NCBI GenBank assembly: GCA_964057225.1
Contig: OZ059897.1
Location: 14,446,001 to 14,510,000 of the forward strand
DNA length: 64,000 nt
Direction of reading: 5' to 3'
From: Auanema rhodensis
Lineage: Eukaryota > Animalia > Nematoda
Shown: one piece after another, positions 1 to 15,265 of the stretch
How the letters are laid out: every line of letters starts with the position of its first letter
Position numbering within the stretch: the first letter of the stretch is position 1
Notes under the pieces: generated by a model
Seen by the model: only the letters and a program-made list of their open reading frames with translations
Told to the model about the DNA's origin: nothing
Database searches by the model: none
Position numbers and translations under genes: made by a program

Positions 1-3000
1 TGTGTCCAAAAAATTTCAAATTTCAAATTATTTATATGAAGACAAGCAGCTTTCTTCTTCTTTTTTTTCTGACGTTACCTTCTCAATTGCTCACTGATAA
101 TACAAATGACGAAAAATTGAAAGATAATATGATACAATTGTTTGATATATGTATGAAATCAAATTAAAAAGAATTAATTTTCTCGAATTTCCACTAAACG
201 TATTTTCTTCAACCACGTCATGCTACATGTATCACGCATTCTAGATATTTGTTGTTGACATTGCATCGTCTCATTAGCCGAATGTCAAACCAATAATCTT
301 TGCAACATACATATTTCTCTGTAATTTGCCATTTCATTTATCTTTTGAATAATTTTCTTTTTTAAAACAAAATAAGATGAAAACATGATCAGCTTCTTCT
401 TGATTTATGACCATTGAATGACAAAAACGACTATGAAAACTTGAATTGTTTTAATGAAAAAATCCGTTAATCAAGTGGGCTCAACCAAGCGATTTATAAA
501 AAACATGTGAAGCCAAAGCTCATAACAAAGGATTTCAAAAATTTGTCTGATAATTTGCAATCTTGTCATGTCTCTTTTGGCCCGGAAGATATTCTTTGAA
601 CATTATAAATTGATCGTTTAATCATTATGTCTTGAATGAAAAAAAATGCAAAAAAGAGAAATATATTTTGATATAAGAATAACAAGAATAATATTTCGAA
701 TTTCGCGGATAAAATTGAACTATGGACCGTAGATTGAATAAGAATTCTGAAAAAAAAACCTAAAAGAAACAAAAAATATAGAGAAACGATAACATTACTT
801 TCGATAAAATAGACAAAGAAAGCAAAACAATTGTTGTTGCAATATGTTTGTTAGTATTCAGTCATCAAACTTGTGTGCCATGCTTTCTTCATTCTTTTCT
901 TTATTCAAGCTTAAGTTGGAAAAGATAATTTACTTTGAAAACATATCTCATCTCTTTGAATAAGCTATTTATGCTTTCAATTCTACCTGAGTAACAAAAA
1001 AAGAAAACATTTTAATTTTTCTTTTCTTCACATCAATTCGATTTGTAAAATGTAGTAGAGTGGTATGTAGCACAACATATCATCCAACTTCATCTTTATC
1101 TCATCGTAGAAGTTTTTTCTTCGTCGCATGCACATTGAAAAAGTTCAAAACAAAACAGATTCTTCATGAGCATTTTAAGATACATAGATATATAGATAGA
1201 TGTATGTACATGAATACATGTGTATGTATATGGATGTATACATGTATCTATGCATGTATATAATCTTTGAAACATATCATTGTGAATAGGATAAAAGTAT
1301 AATTGTATGTACACATACATATAAGGGAGGAGTTTTACAGAACTATGAAAAATTATAAAAGAGAAAGAGAGAGACAAGAGAAGAGTAAGAGAGACAGAGA
1401 GGGTAAAAACAAAACAAAAAAAGAAGAAAGAGGGGGTGGAAAAGAGATTGACAGTGTGAAAGAGTGAAGAATGAAGACAGAAATATTACAAATGAACCAA
1501 CTGAAAACAATGAAAGTCCGTTATGTTTCAATATAGTATATCCCTATAAACATATCTATATGTTCATATATATATGTACATATTCAAAAAATATATTTTT
1601 TTCGTATTTTGTATCCAAATATATAGGATTTTTAAAAATTTTTTTTGTTATTTTTATATCTAAAATTATGAGAAACAAATTAATAAAACTTCCTTCTGAA
1701 ATCAAATGACAGAAAACTTTATTGCAGCCTGTATCACTTGTCATAATATTTATATAAATACAATATGCGCATAATTATATATTTTTTATATTCAAAACAT
1801 ATGTATTTTCTTGTGAAAATCTGAAATTTCTTGATAAGTATGATGCAGACTTATCATGATCAATCTTTCCTCTTCCTCTCCTTCCTACTTCAACAACTCC
1901 CATCTTAAGCAAGCTAAATGCTTTTTCTGATTACCAATCTATGTTTCTGAATAAGATTTGATATTCATATATCTCTACAGCCTTTAAAAAAATTTTTTTT
2001 GTTGAAATAAAATTGTATGAAAACCAATATCATTTAAAACTACATATGTATATGATATAGTATAATAATATCACAAACAAGTATAAGCTGAATTTATTTT
2101 AAATATTGAAGAAATATTCTAAAATGAACAATTTCAACCTTCAAATGATCTTTATAATGAATTTTTTTTACGAATTACGTGTCGTTCGTGTTGATAATCA
2201 TCAAAGTAAATACCAATACGAATTTTTATTTGGAGTAGTATTGTATTTCATTTCGACTTATCTATTTCCACAAGCTTGTAGCAATGAATTATTTGGGTTT
2301 TTTTGCTTCTTAATCGCTTTCCTGATTTTTGGTCATTTTATCCGAACATTTGTTTAAATGAAATCATTGAAATTCGTTCCAGTTTCAAGATATTCTTTGC
2401 ATATTCACATCACAACATCAGTTTGAATGACAAAGCATGTCAATAATTTTTTTTAAAATAAAGAATCATGATACAAAATAATTTTTGTCTTTAATAACAT
2501 TTCTATTTCTATTGAAATTTAGTTTTTTTTTTAAATAAAGGAAAAGTTGTTAATAATCATATGTTAGGCATAACATGGAACATTGAAGCAGTGTTTTTGT
2601 CAAAAAAAATCTGATCTTTAAGCTTATGCTTATCTTCCAAAAATCTAAGAATACAATGGAAACAAAAAAAAATTTAAGGTTGTTACTCATTATTATTGTT
2701 TTTAACAATCATCGGTAGAATAGTTGGTTTGTTCTTATTTCTAGTTTGAAACTCATACCTTCATTCTATTTTTATATAATATAAATATGTATATCACATA
2801 TATATAATACTAAATTTATGATTTATTTTGAATTTGTCCATGTTCATTTTTCTCAAAAACAGAACGTTTTTCATCCATTCGGGGGCAATAATATACAACT
2901 TCTGAGAATACCTTTATACATCTGCATTCTTATGCTATCATATGCTTACTATGTATTTTTATATTTTTCATTTTATATATTTTGTATGTTTGATTTACTT

Positions 3001-6000
3001 ATTTCATTTCTGTTCAACATCCTTCTTGCGTTAGTTCGAAAAAAAGAAAAAGAAAACTTGAGTTGCTTAACAACACGCAACATTCCCATATTTTGAATAC
3101 AAATGCCGTCTCTTCAGGGCACATTCGGTGAGCGGCTTAGAATGTGTCGAAGAAAATCTAAACCAGCCTAGATTATCAGGACGAATTAGTAATTGTTTAA
3201 AAATAGAAAAATAATGTAACTATGAACAGAAAAAGGAGAATGAGAGAGAGATAGAGAGAGAAAGAAACTTTTAAAAGAGATAATCATTGGATGAGCACTC
3301 ACGGTTTCTAAAGACAAAAGAAAAAGTTAAAGCAAAATTTAGAACTAGATCTATGAGTCAAATAGAAAAAAAGTAAAAGAGGAAAACGAGATGGTAAGAG
3401 AAGGCTTAATATTCGAAAAAAATGAAAGTTCAGATTCATGCAACATGTAGACAAACAAGAACTCAAAATATGTTTCCACGTGTATATATGCTCAAAATTT
3501 TGAACGTTTGGAGTAAACTACACGCTTGTTTAACATCAATCTGCATGTCTATATATCATTTGTCGTTTAAGATTCTAATAGTATCTGCTTCAAATAACAT
3601 TTTCATTTTTCGTTGCTTACTCTGATGAGCTACTTCCGTAATTCGTTATATGTTTCTTATCTTTCTCAACATCGAATAAGATATTCAATCGTATAATACA
3701 AATTGCTCTTAACATACATATATTCTATGCTGTTCTCCTCCCCCTTCAATGCCAGAAAAAGTTGATGGCTTGTTTCCGATTCTATTGGCCTCTGCAACTA
3801 CAACCGAATAGTTCGATCTACCGGACGTCAGCTACACATTTTATTCCGTTTCTAAAACACTTTTCATGGCACCTTCGATTTGAAAAAAATGTTCAACACC
3901 TTTTGAAGTATTTCTCTTTTAACTTAAGATTTGAATTCAAAGATCAAAGAGAAAAATATTCAAATTTAACTGGATGATAAACGATTTTGAAAGAAAAAAA
4001 TGAAACTTTATCCTCAGCAATCCGTAATACATACATATATGAACTTATATAGTACACTTGATTCACTCTCAAGCGATTCTCTCTATCTCTCTCTCTCTTG
4101 GTCTTATTTTCCTCTTTCTCATCTTCCTCACTCCGCTTATATACCTACCATTGCTCTAAGTCAGACTACTGTACTCACAGAAAACCAGACAGATATTTTA
4201 TGCTGACGTGAACATCACGTGAACTGATACATCATTTCAAACAAAGCAGACACATTAAGCGGTTGAACGAATTTATTCCTCAATATTCATAAATCTATAC
4301 AATAATTTATGCCCCTTGTCCTAACCATTTTAATTTTATTCAATAACCTTTCCATTTACAGAACAAAATATTTATTGTGAAGCTGTTAAGCAACAAGTCG
4401 ACTATTTATACCAAAAACTCCACAATTTTTATGTGTATCAAGTATTTATTCTATTTACTTGTTCTCAGATTTCAGAGATTTCATTCACAAAATCCTTCAC
4501 AACCCATATCCCTTTTTTCCTTCCAAATTGTCCCAACAATAGCTTTTATTCTTCAAATTATCCAATTTTTTTTTTTCAATTTTTTAACTTCTCAATTCTT
4601 ATTAATTTTATATAATAAAACAAATAATTATATATATATATAATAATTACAATTGAATATAGTTATCTTATACTATTATACAATAAAAGTAATTTTAGTA
4701 TATATTGTTGAAACGACAAACAACAAATAATCAACAGTAAATTACATGATGTTAACAATAAAAAGACTTTTTATTGCTTCAACATCTTGTTCTATTTTAA
4801 ATTTTTAAAAAAACAAACAAATTATAAAATTATATCATTAGGTCAGTACTCCTCTAACCGTTCATATACATGTGCATGTGTATACACAAATAATACTTAC
4901 TATGCATATATTTGTAAATATATTATATAGATTCATAATAATATTTGATCAATGAAAAATATAAATATATAAGTGTAGTCATCTTTGCTATAATGTTTGA
5001 ACTTATAAGAGAAGTTCATTCATTTTTTTTTGAATATTCCAACCAATTCAATTACCATTTCCTATTTTTCTATAATTAATATAAACTTTTTTTTGAATAA
5101 TATATATGTATATACAAACATATTTTACTTTCAGACCATATTTTATGGAAAAAAAAAGTTGTGAATGGTTTTTTTTCTTATTTCCGTTCAGATAATTTTA
5201 TTTTAAATTCAGTCTGTTCTTATTGTCTTTGAAAACCAAAAAAAATGATCATAAAAAGCAGTAGTCGGAAGTAAATTTCTAATCAAACTTCTATACAATT
5301 TTCATTTGAACAAAAGTTATTATCAGAAAAAAGATATAACGTTGACGAAACGATTAATATATGGGTTGAAATAGCAAAAGAAAGTTTGTTTGGTCTTTTT
5401 CTATCTTTCTTCTTGGCTTGTTCATCTTATTGACTCTCAGTAAAAGTATTCTTTAATCCTTTTCTGAAGTGAGTTCGACTCATCATCATCATCATCATCA
5501 GCTGAATTGTCTTCCATAAACATGTCTAGTCTTTTTCTAAAAATATGTAAAGAAGAAGACAAAAATTTTCAATTTTCTAGATCATACATCAAGAAACTAA
5601 GATGATATTATGACATTTCCTTTTGTTTTCTTTTATCTTCTTTCCTTTAGTATGTTTTTTTGATAATTTCATTCAACATAACATCATTTATATATAAATA
5701 TACTTACATATACATATAAATATATTTAATTATATGTAATATTCATATCATTTTATGAATTTTTATGATTTTTTTATAACTTATGAACTTATAATGATTA
5801 TATGTAAGTTCACAGTTTCAAATGTACAATATAAACATACATCTATATATGTATATATATATATATAAAGTCTACTAAAACTTATAATCCGCTCATTCTG
5901 ATTGTATTTTTTTTTGTTTAGACGACTTAAAACGCCTTTATTCCATTGCTAACTGGCTACATACCTAGTTTAAAATGATGTCATTTCCGAATGGCTGGCC

Positions 6001-7547
6001 ATCGCTTCAATGCTCTTGCAATGCTGACCTGATCATAGAATCTAGAAAACAGACAAGATCTGGACCACAACGTCTGACCAATTCTATTTCTTTATACTAC
6101 TGTTTAATTTAATACATTTTTTCATTTAATAGTTATATACATACGTGAGCAAATTCATGAATTTTATAATCTGAGATTTTCTATGTTTGATCTACTAGTT
6201 TCATCTAAATATTATATACTAAAAAGAATTCCTTAATTTCCGGATATATAATCGACTATATAATTAATCAAAATATAGTCCCTCCCATCTCTCCCTCACT
6301 CTTCTTTATGTTCATATCTATTGCCAGCTTTTAAATGTCTAAATTATGTTATATACTGATTTTATTATATATTCTTCCCGTACCAATTTTACAAGCAAAA
6401 TATATATATGTTATATCATATGTCACGTCATTTTTGATGATTTTCCGTCTTTAAGTCAACTTCTGCTCTCTTTTCATCCGTTCTCTGATTTAACTAGCTC
6501 ATTAAGAATCTAGAAGATGGTCGTAGAGAGGTGTATGTCTATAGCTTCAGAAAGTCAGAGGATAAGACTTAATTGACTTCAATAATACCCTCAGGCTTTT
6601 CTTCTAATCAGCAGCTGACAGCATAAAACTAAATTTGTCATAGTCTCTCACCTCTCGTTCTCTATTTTCTGTTCTCTATAACTTTCCCTTGTATGCTTCA
6701 CCCTTTCCTTTTTCTCGTTCTTTCTCTTCCTCTTCTTAGCACTCTTCACTCTCTTATTCGCTTATGCTGTTTCATCTATTTCTTGAACCTCCCTCTATAC
6801 CTCATTTCCAGATGTGGCTTGTCCACCACAGACTCCTCTTTTCCTCATTCTACAAGCCTATAACATGCTCATAATGATGAACATACTCGTACTAAAGTAT
6901 TCCGAATCAATTTCTTGAAGTTCTTTAATGATTTCTTGATTAGTTAGCCTAGCCCATATATGCAAATAGATCGTCGAACATTTTCATTTTCGAACCTTTA
7001 ATTAGGTTGCCGAAAAGATTAAAAATTGCTATTTTCAGAAAATATCCTATTATTACTAGTTTTAAATCGTTCACAAACTAATTTGACAATAGAAAAATAA
7101 TTCTCTTTTTCAATCATTTTTTTCTTGAGAGAACAAAAAAAAGACTGGCACTACACACAGCAGTAGCAGCTTGCTCGCTTGATATTTATAAAAAGCAGTC
7201 AAATTTCGATATACTTTAAGAATCTAAAATCCATTTTTCATTTTTTTAAATTTAACCAACCAGAACCTATTATATACACTTTTCAATTCTTATTTGATAA
7301 TGACATTACAATATATAATATTATCGTCATAATATTATTTCTTGTCCACTTTTTGAAATATTTGATATTTTTTGACCACAAAAGGCAGAAAAGAAATCAA
7401 ATTTAATTATTTTCTTTTACTTATCTTAATTATATACAAAGTGAAAATTACTATATATATATATATATATACTATTTGAATGAGTAAATATTTTCAGATT
7501 ACTAAACAAACTATTTCAAAAAAATTTGTTGATTTTCTGGCCATGTC

Positions 7548-8180
7548 ATGTTGGGTGTTCGTAGACCGAGTTTAGTCCGACAAATGGCTTTCCGTCAAGA
7601 CTCCAACGATGTATGTTTCTTCTTTTATAATATTTTAAAATTTTCTTGATTATTAGTTAGCAGAATATTAGGAAATTAATGTTTTTTTACTATAAATACT
7701 ATTATTATTACATATGAATGAGTATTTTAGTCTGATATCAGCATTCGACATGGGCATTTAGCTGCTTCTACACCATTACCAGATAGCCCTCGTCCTCAAA
7801 AGGAATCAAAAAAAGGTTTGAGTTACTTCTTTCTTTATTCTAAAACAAAAATCGTTTTAGTTGATTTAAGTCCTTCTTCATTGGCTGTAACAGTAAAAGT
7901 TCCAGAGTTAAAGAAAGGTTTGTTTCAAAGTTATTGTTTTCTTTCTTTTTTTGAACAATGCATGTTATTGACTGAACTCATCATGTTCAGTTAAGATATC
8001 TTATTAAGCTGCCGCCTAAGTTGCACAAAATAACAAATATTTTGTTTTCATTGTTATTCATTTCAAAGTTATTTGTTAAAATTGAAAAAAAAATGTTTTT
8101 TTATACATTTATTCCATTTATTTACAGAAGATACAATCATTCGACGTGATCCAATCGTAATGGATGAAAAACGTACTTGA
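7548..8180 (+). CDS. Small 85-aa protein of unknown function, 4 coding exons (7548-7610, 7731-7815, 7861-7917, 8128-8180)
   Basis: Four GC-richer islands bounded by GT/AG sites splice in frame (258 nt) to MLGVRRPSLVRQMAFRQDSNDSDISIRHGHLAASTPLPDSPRPQKESKKVDLSPSSLAVTVKVPELKKEDTIIRRDPIVMDEKRT*. A TTTTCAG acceptor ends at 7497 and there is an in-frame stop upstream of the ATG. Confidence 0.75.
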
Positions 8181-11100
8181 TCTCCATCATCTACCTGTTT
8201 TCCAATTTTCTTGTCCTTCCTGTCATGCTGTGAATATTGTAAAAAAACAGATATTTGTGATACATTAATTCCTCTTTATACCATATATGACATGAAAGAA
8301 AAAAAATATTTTTTTATTTAAAATTTCATGTAGTTTTTCCAAATATTAATCTTAATCTAAATGGTATAATGATATACATATAATATACATATTTTAATAA
8401 ACTCATTTTAATATTTATTTTTTTTTATTAAAAATAAAAATAAAAATTGAAAATAAATAAAAAATGTTTTTAAATTAATAGTTTCATATCATTAGATACA
8501 GATCATTACATACATACATCTAAAATAAATATAAACATTATACATACATATAGTATAACTATCTATAAATGATCTTTGCTATCCTTGTTATTTTAAAAAA
8601 ATTTCAAAAATTCATCTTCATCAAATCTATACTTGGAACAATCTCAACTTGTTCTTCATTTATTATAACGACAGATCATCAAAACTCTGGCTATCAATCT
8701 ATGTTCACAACTTGTCCATCTTTCACTTCTTGTTGTAGCTCAACATTCATTGTGGCTATCCAACCATTTTTTCTGCTCACTTGCCTTTCTAATAATAAAA
8801 ATATTATAACAAACACAAAAAAAAATACAAAAAAACTATATATAACTATATATTTATTTATATTGAAATATGTTTATATAAATATATATATCATACTATA
8901 TACATACTTTTGTATTTTTTTTATCACTTAACAACATAAATTATAAAAAAAACTACATATCAATCTATGTAAATACATATTCTTTTATTAAAAATCATAT
9001 CCGAATGTTCAAAACGTGACAAGCTACATGATGGCTTCATAACACTTTAAGACTTTTTTAGCAGTCTTAGTAGACCTCCCATAATGCAGAAGCATACGTT
9101 CTTTCTTAAATTTTTTAAATTTTTCTCAAAATATTTGTGAAGAAAATTACATTTTGTACAAATTTTGAACAATTGAAATATATATAATATACATACACAT
9201 TCAATATGTATATGCAACAAACTTTTTATTCAAATCTTTGTGTTCAATTGCTATTACCTATTCTCAATTGCTTCCGTTTTTACTTTTTTTTCTTATTTAT
9301 TTTTAATAAATATCTTTATAATTTCTTTTATTTTTTAATTTAAAAAATATAAAAATCAAATAAATATTCAATATAACCACTTTGTTGAACATGATTCATC
9401 TAAATCTTTAGGTGCTGATCATTTCATGTTGTCTGGTATTTTATTTCAATTTTTCTTTCTTCATAGTTAGTGTGTGAATCAGAATATTTTATTTCCATAT
9501 ATTGAATCGGAAGTTGATTTTCATTCGGAACATCTTCAGGAAAATCAAAACTCGACGGTCATGTAAATTGTTCCGAGTACCTTGTTCCTTTCAAAGTGAA
9601 GAAGAAAACAAAATTAAATCAAACAGCCTTCTATAGATTGGCTTTAAGATCAAATAAGATCTTCCGCTTTATTCTTCCTGCCCACACAAAACAAATTCAA
9701 ACTTTTAGTGACAAGATAGACATGATGCTCTGGCTTGACTGCACTGCTTCGCAAGAAAGCCTTCCTCCCGAAAATCCGATTTTGACGAGAACATTTCCGT
9801 ACCAAAGACAATCTCTCTTTCACTTTCTCGCTTCGTCTTCTACATTCTCCTCTACATCAATCTTAATTTTTTCCTCAATTTTAGTTTCATTTCTTCTATT
9901 CTATGTCTAACTACTCTGCCAATTAATCTCACATTTTATGTTTTTTTTGTTTATCAACGAAACTTCAGTGTTCCCTTTATCTTCATTTTATCAAACATTT
10001 TGTTTTGATTTATACTTAGATTAACATTCGTATCAATAAATTTTTTCGTTTTTCTTCAAACATTACTTGCCAAAACCCTTTTTCATATTCTCTGTCGGAA
10101 TTTGCTCTTCATGAGTGTAGTAGACTGGAGCTGAATTAGGTTTTCTCGACATTTGTACATCTACATCTGTCTTTATGAAGCATTCTGATTTTACTCTCGT
10201 ATAACATTTCCTTACGAAAGCTCCAAATTAAGATACTGTTGTCCGTCTCAGTTTCTTTATACTGAGCAACATGTCTTTTTAACTAGCTTTTTTTCGTGAA
10301 ATATTTAATATGTTACATGTTATTATGTCTTTCATATTGATATTTTGAGATTTTTTATACAAGAAACGACAAACAGAATGAAATAGATGCAATTGAATTA
10401 ATAATTATTTTTCACTGATCAGATTACAAAAATATATAGGCATATATGCATAGATATGTAGCAGATATTCTTGTCTAATATCAGACAATTCTCAATTTTC
10501 ATTTTTTCTCTCTTCATTTACTTTTCTTTTCTTTTTTTGCCTTTCAGTATCATCATTCGGATTCCGGAATTTGTTGATTTTCTAATGTCAAACCATTTTG
10601 CAATGTTTTGCAATGAAATGAAGAATTCCTAAAGTTTTTTTTTGCATTACTTCATGTATTTTACCTTGTTTTGTTATTTGATACAATTTGCTATAAATTA
10701 GAGAAAAAAAATACGAGAAGCGTTTGAATGTCAAGCAAAAAGTAAATGTATAGTTGTGTTGGTTGGTCTCTTCAAAAATGAAAAAAAACTTAACTAACTA
10801 ATTGCTAAACTATTCATTTAAATTAATTAATTTATATAATATTATTTATATATATATACAAATATTTATATTTCAGAAATATGTGTAATAATGATTTCTT
10901 TTATTTTCTTTAAATTTTGTTTATGAACACTTTTTTTTCAATAAAAAAAAATGAAGCTTCAAAGTTGACTATTGTCCAACCTTCTTTTTTTTCAAATGTT
11001 TATGCAAATTTTCAATATTTTCATGCTAAAGTTTATTTCCTTTCGAATTCTTCATAGTAGTTTGACTTCCATCCACCGCATATTGTCGGAAAATTATTTT

Positions 11101-14100
11101 TCTTTACATTTCATATTCCACATACTATACATGTATATGTACATATGTATGTATATCCAATTATATCAGTTTCTTCAGGAATTTCTTGAGAGTGAAAGAA
11201 AATTATTTTTACTAATTTCTTCTTTTTTTTCTTAATTTTCCTGAAGATTTAGTTTCTCAGTTGAAAATATTAGTTTGGTGCAATTAATTCGTCAAGGACT
11301 TTGTAAAGTACTCACATGTGAAAAAAAATTTTTTTCACAAAATCTTTCCAATCCACTTAATTCACCAATTAGTTGGGTGGATCTCTTCTCTTTGAAAGAG
11401 TCTTAACATATAATAAGCAGGCAGGCAAGTAAAAAAGAAACAAAAAAGGAAAAGACAAGATAGGGAAAGAAGAAGAAATAGTCTGACGATGACATTTATC
11501 ATAAGCCCTTCAGTTTTGAGTGTTCGAGGCACTGGTGGCTTAGGGAAATGAGTTAAACCATGCAAATAATCTTCTGGAAAAAAAAATAATATTTTCTTCG
11601 AAATTATATAAAAAGTTCAGACTATTTTAATCAAATTAGTATATAAACAATGCGGTGAAATCATTCGTTTATCTCATATTCAACCAAACAAATGTTTGCA
11701 AGTTTCCCTCAGGCCACGTATTTAAGAACAAAATAAGTTCGATTTTTTTGTTTTTTACCTTTTCCCAGAGCTACATATATCAAATTATATGTATAGTTGT
11801 GACTTTTTTCAATGCATACTCATGAAACTTAGTCATATCACTTATCAAAATTGATATATCTATGTCATAACTTAATTTTTATTTCAATTTTACCTAAGAG
11901 AATTATGAATAATCAACAGAACCAAACTTCATTCACTTTTTCGTAATTTATTTTATTCGAATTCAGTGCTGAACTCGTTGAGCTTCCTTGTTGAACTTGA
12001 TCTTCTCTTGGTTGGGGCATCATTAGCAGTTGTACTTGAATCGTTAAGAATAGGCTTTACTAACAACTTGATTAGAAACTTTGTAATTTTTATTTCAGTT
12101 TAACCCATCACAAAACAATATTAAACACTTTCAACCATATTATCAATACTTCCAGATTACTAAATTAGTTTTTTTTTAAATTTTTTTGCATATAATTACT
12201 TTTTATATAAATATATACATGTGAGCAGATATTCTCATTCATAATTTTGATTATTCTTTCTTAGCCAATTCTTTGGATTAAATGATTTTCTTTCCCTTCT
12301 TATATACTATCCATTATTGAACTATGTGCTTTAAAAATACCTTGTATCTATGTAGTTTTTGAGATGTGTAATCAATGGTCGCTAGTCCTAATTTGGAATC
12401 TCGATAGTTAGTCGTAAAGTAATTTTGAATTTCAAACAAGTCTTATCTACCATAGTTTCTCAAAAAAAAGAAACTAAAAATACTATAAATTTCATTTTAT
12501 ATATTAATGTTTCATGTTTTCATAACATACATGTCAAGATCATAGCCATATGTCATTATATAGTGTGAATATGAATCGAAAATTGAAGGCTTTTCGTATG
12601 TTTTTCAATCATCTACATCATTTCTGTACTTCTTACAAATATTTGTATAGAAAATTAAAAGTTTAAGTTTAATTATATTATTTATAATTATAAACGTTTT
12701 GTCATATAAGACTTTGTCATGATATACTATAGACAATCCCGACATGTTTTCAAGCTTCTTCATTAGAAATTCTTGTTGCAACTGCAAAAACCTGTTGAAG
12801 AAAAAGAGCGAAAAACGAAACTTTTTATTCCGTTGTACAAACGGAAAGATATTAGCAAAAAAAAAAGCCGTGGAGAATTTGTGAATGCTTCAACTTTAAT
12901 ATGCTGAATCTTATGAAGACGACGTTTTCTTAACGATAGTGCATCGAAACATTGAAAATGAAGTGACGAATGGGAAAAAAAGCTACAATTGGTAAAATGC
13001 TCATGTAATATAAGAAGTTGGGAATCTTCTTTCTTTCTCTTAGACTTTGAACAGCATGTGTACATTTATAAGTTTCTGATATGTGCAAGCTTATTATATT
13101 CATATCACTAACAGCTATTGTTGATATTCGAATTTTGGATCGTTTTTTCTGAAACTTTTTTGCAGCCCTTGAAATCTAAGAAGCTGCTCAAACAAAATGT
13201 TATGAAGTATATGTATTACTCGTTGTTCAGCAATCTAAACTTTCAAATACGTCAATTAGGACTATTTTAGCCAAAACTGGTAGTCGACATGTTTGAAAGC
13301 GAGGACTAAGAAATCTTGTCATTTCCTTTTTGTTCTGCTCTCTGCTCTGCTTACAGAGGATTTTGTGTATTTGAAAGAAGACGTTAAGTTATCTGATTCC
13401 GTCCCATCGTTCTAGTCTTAGCTTTCTTAACTCTATATCTCTCTGTCTCTCTCATTTTCCTTTCTATTATTTTCTGTCTATATTCCTTGATGTCTGGTAC
13501 TCTCTGTTCAAGAATGGGAATATCCTAGTCTATCCAAAATTGGCACCAGTACTTGCAAATCAAGGATAACGAAGATGAAGAAAATGGTGATATTCTTGTA
13601 ATACACACCACTCACTTCATATGTTAATCTGTCTGTTATTCTTCCTTTTTGAACTATTCATCATCAAAATGTTGTTACTACTACCCCCCCCCCTAAATCG
13701 CTTGACTTCTCTTTCGTTAGCTTGATAAAACGAAAAAAAGAAACGGAAAATCCGGAATGTCAAAGAATTCCATCACAATCATCAGCTTCATTAAGAGCAT
13801 CTAGTTCTATTACAACTTGCAACAAAGTTGTAACCTAAATTTTTGTGTGTTCATCTTCATATTTGAATCATTTTCTATATTCAGAAGTAAGGTCTTATGA
13901 ATTTTTCATAATACTGAGACATTTCCGTTTACTTTCCTCTCTTTTTGATATATAATCGTGATCAAATATATGCATATATGTAGATCACCATCATTTACAT
14001 AACTATCAAAGTTCGCAATCCAATTTTTGATATTCGGCTAGGTGATCTTGTCTTTCTTCATATCATCATGACTAGCTATCATCTTCTACTATTTCCAACT

Positions 14101-15095
14101 TATTACTCATTCAAATATAATTGTTTCTCATACTTTCTATTCAAATAGATATTTTCATCTCTTTTCACAGTTATTTTTTTCATTTTTTTGTTATACAATG
14201 AAACAAATATATATTTCCACAGCCTTGTCTATAAAATTTTAATGATATTTTATGCTATTTTAAATAATTTTTTGCTGCAAAAATAAAAAAGAAAAGAACA
14301 CATGAAAGATCATAAAAATTAGTTTTTTTGGAATGAAAATTGTTTCATGTCGTTATCAATCATTTGTTCAGTCTATACATTCAGAAAACTGATTGGTATT
14401 TAAAACAAAAAAAAAGAAAGAAAACAATATCAATGAAACATGAGATAACATGCTGAAAATGATCAAAATAAATTAGCTAATCAAGTAGATATCATACAAA
14501 GTTCATATAAAAAACTAAATATATATATATATATATATATATTGACATACATACATACATACTATATACAATACTTAACTATCTATTTATGTATCTATAT
14601 AAATACATACATACATATATTCATATGTATGTATATTCATATACTCATACATACACGTTAAAGTTTTAACAATATTATTTTACTTTAGTGTTGTTTGCTT
14701 CAAACATTCCTTTCATTTCTGTTAACAATTTGGACGTTTTGGTCTTATCCATAATGTAACTTCTTCAAATTTTCATCTCATCTTTTTTAAACTAATTGTT
14801 TTCTTTTTCAATTTTCAGAATACTCTAACCACTCAAGAATGGAGTTCTCATTTGGACTTGTCATGAACACAGAACATTAAATAACAACAGATCACTTAAT
14901 TGTTTTTTTTTAAATTTAGGTAAATTTTAGAAAAAACATTAAAAAAAGTTTCTTTAATTCAATAAACTTTAATTCAGTTTCTGCGATAAATCAACATTTC
15001 GTTATTTTCATCCAATTTTTAGAGTACAGGCATATACAAATAACTGGTCAGTTTCTCATGTGTTTCCACGAAATGACGTTTTATTTTAAATATTG

Positions 15096-15128
<33 letters not shown>

Positions 15129-15173
15129 CTTATATTTATATTATATATAACTTAATTTCAGATATTTGCTAAT

Positions 15174-15265
15174 ATGGTGGATCCACTGACAAAGGTGTCT
15201 ATTTTATCCCCTCTGGCAATGCTTCAAATGCATCACCATACACCAAAAAAGAGTTGGATTAGAAG
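15174..15265 (+). CDS. Probable upstream first coding exon of the CLC channel gene
   Basis: TTTCAG acceptor ends at 15161. The exon reads MVDPLTKVSILSPLAMLQMHHHTPKKSWIR, then AG|GTCAGT (phase 2). This is in frame with the acceptor at 24092 (AG|C GTC ATG = S-V-M-T-D-V-K), implying an ~8.8 kb intron. Confidence 0.5.

Noticed and set aside
8688-8790. Possible minus-strand terminal exon (...GWIATMNVELQQEVKDGQVVNID*)
   Set aside because: An acceptor is present, but I could not find a compatible upstream coding exon.
11915-12090. Coding-looking minus-strand stretch (MMPQPREDQVQQGSSTSS...)
   Set aside because: It is short, with no convincing splice partners or recognisable homology.
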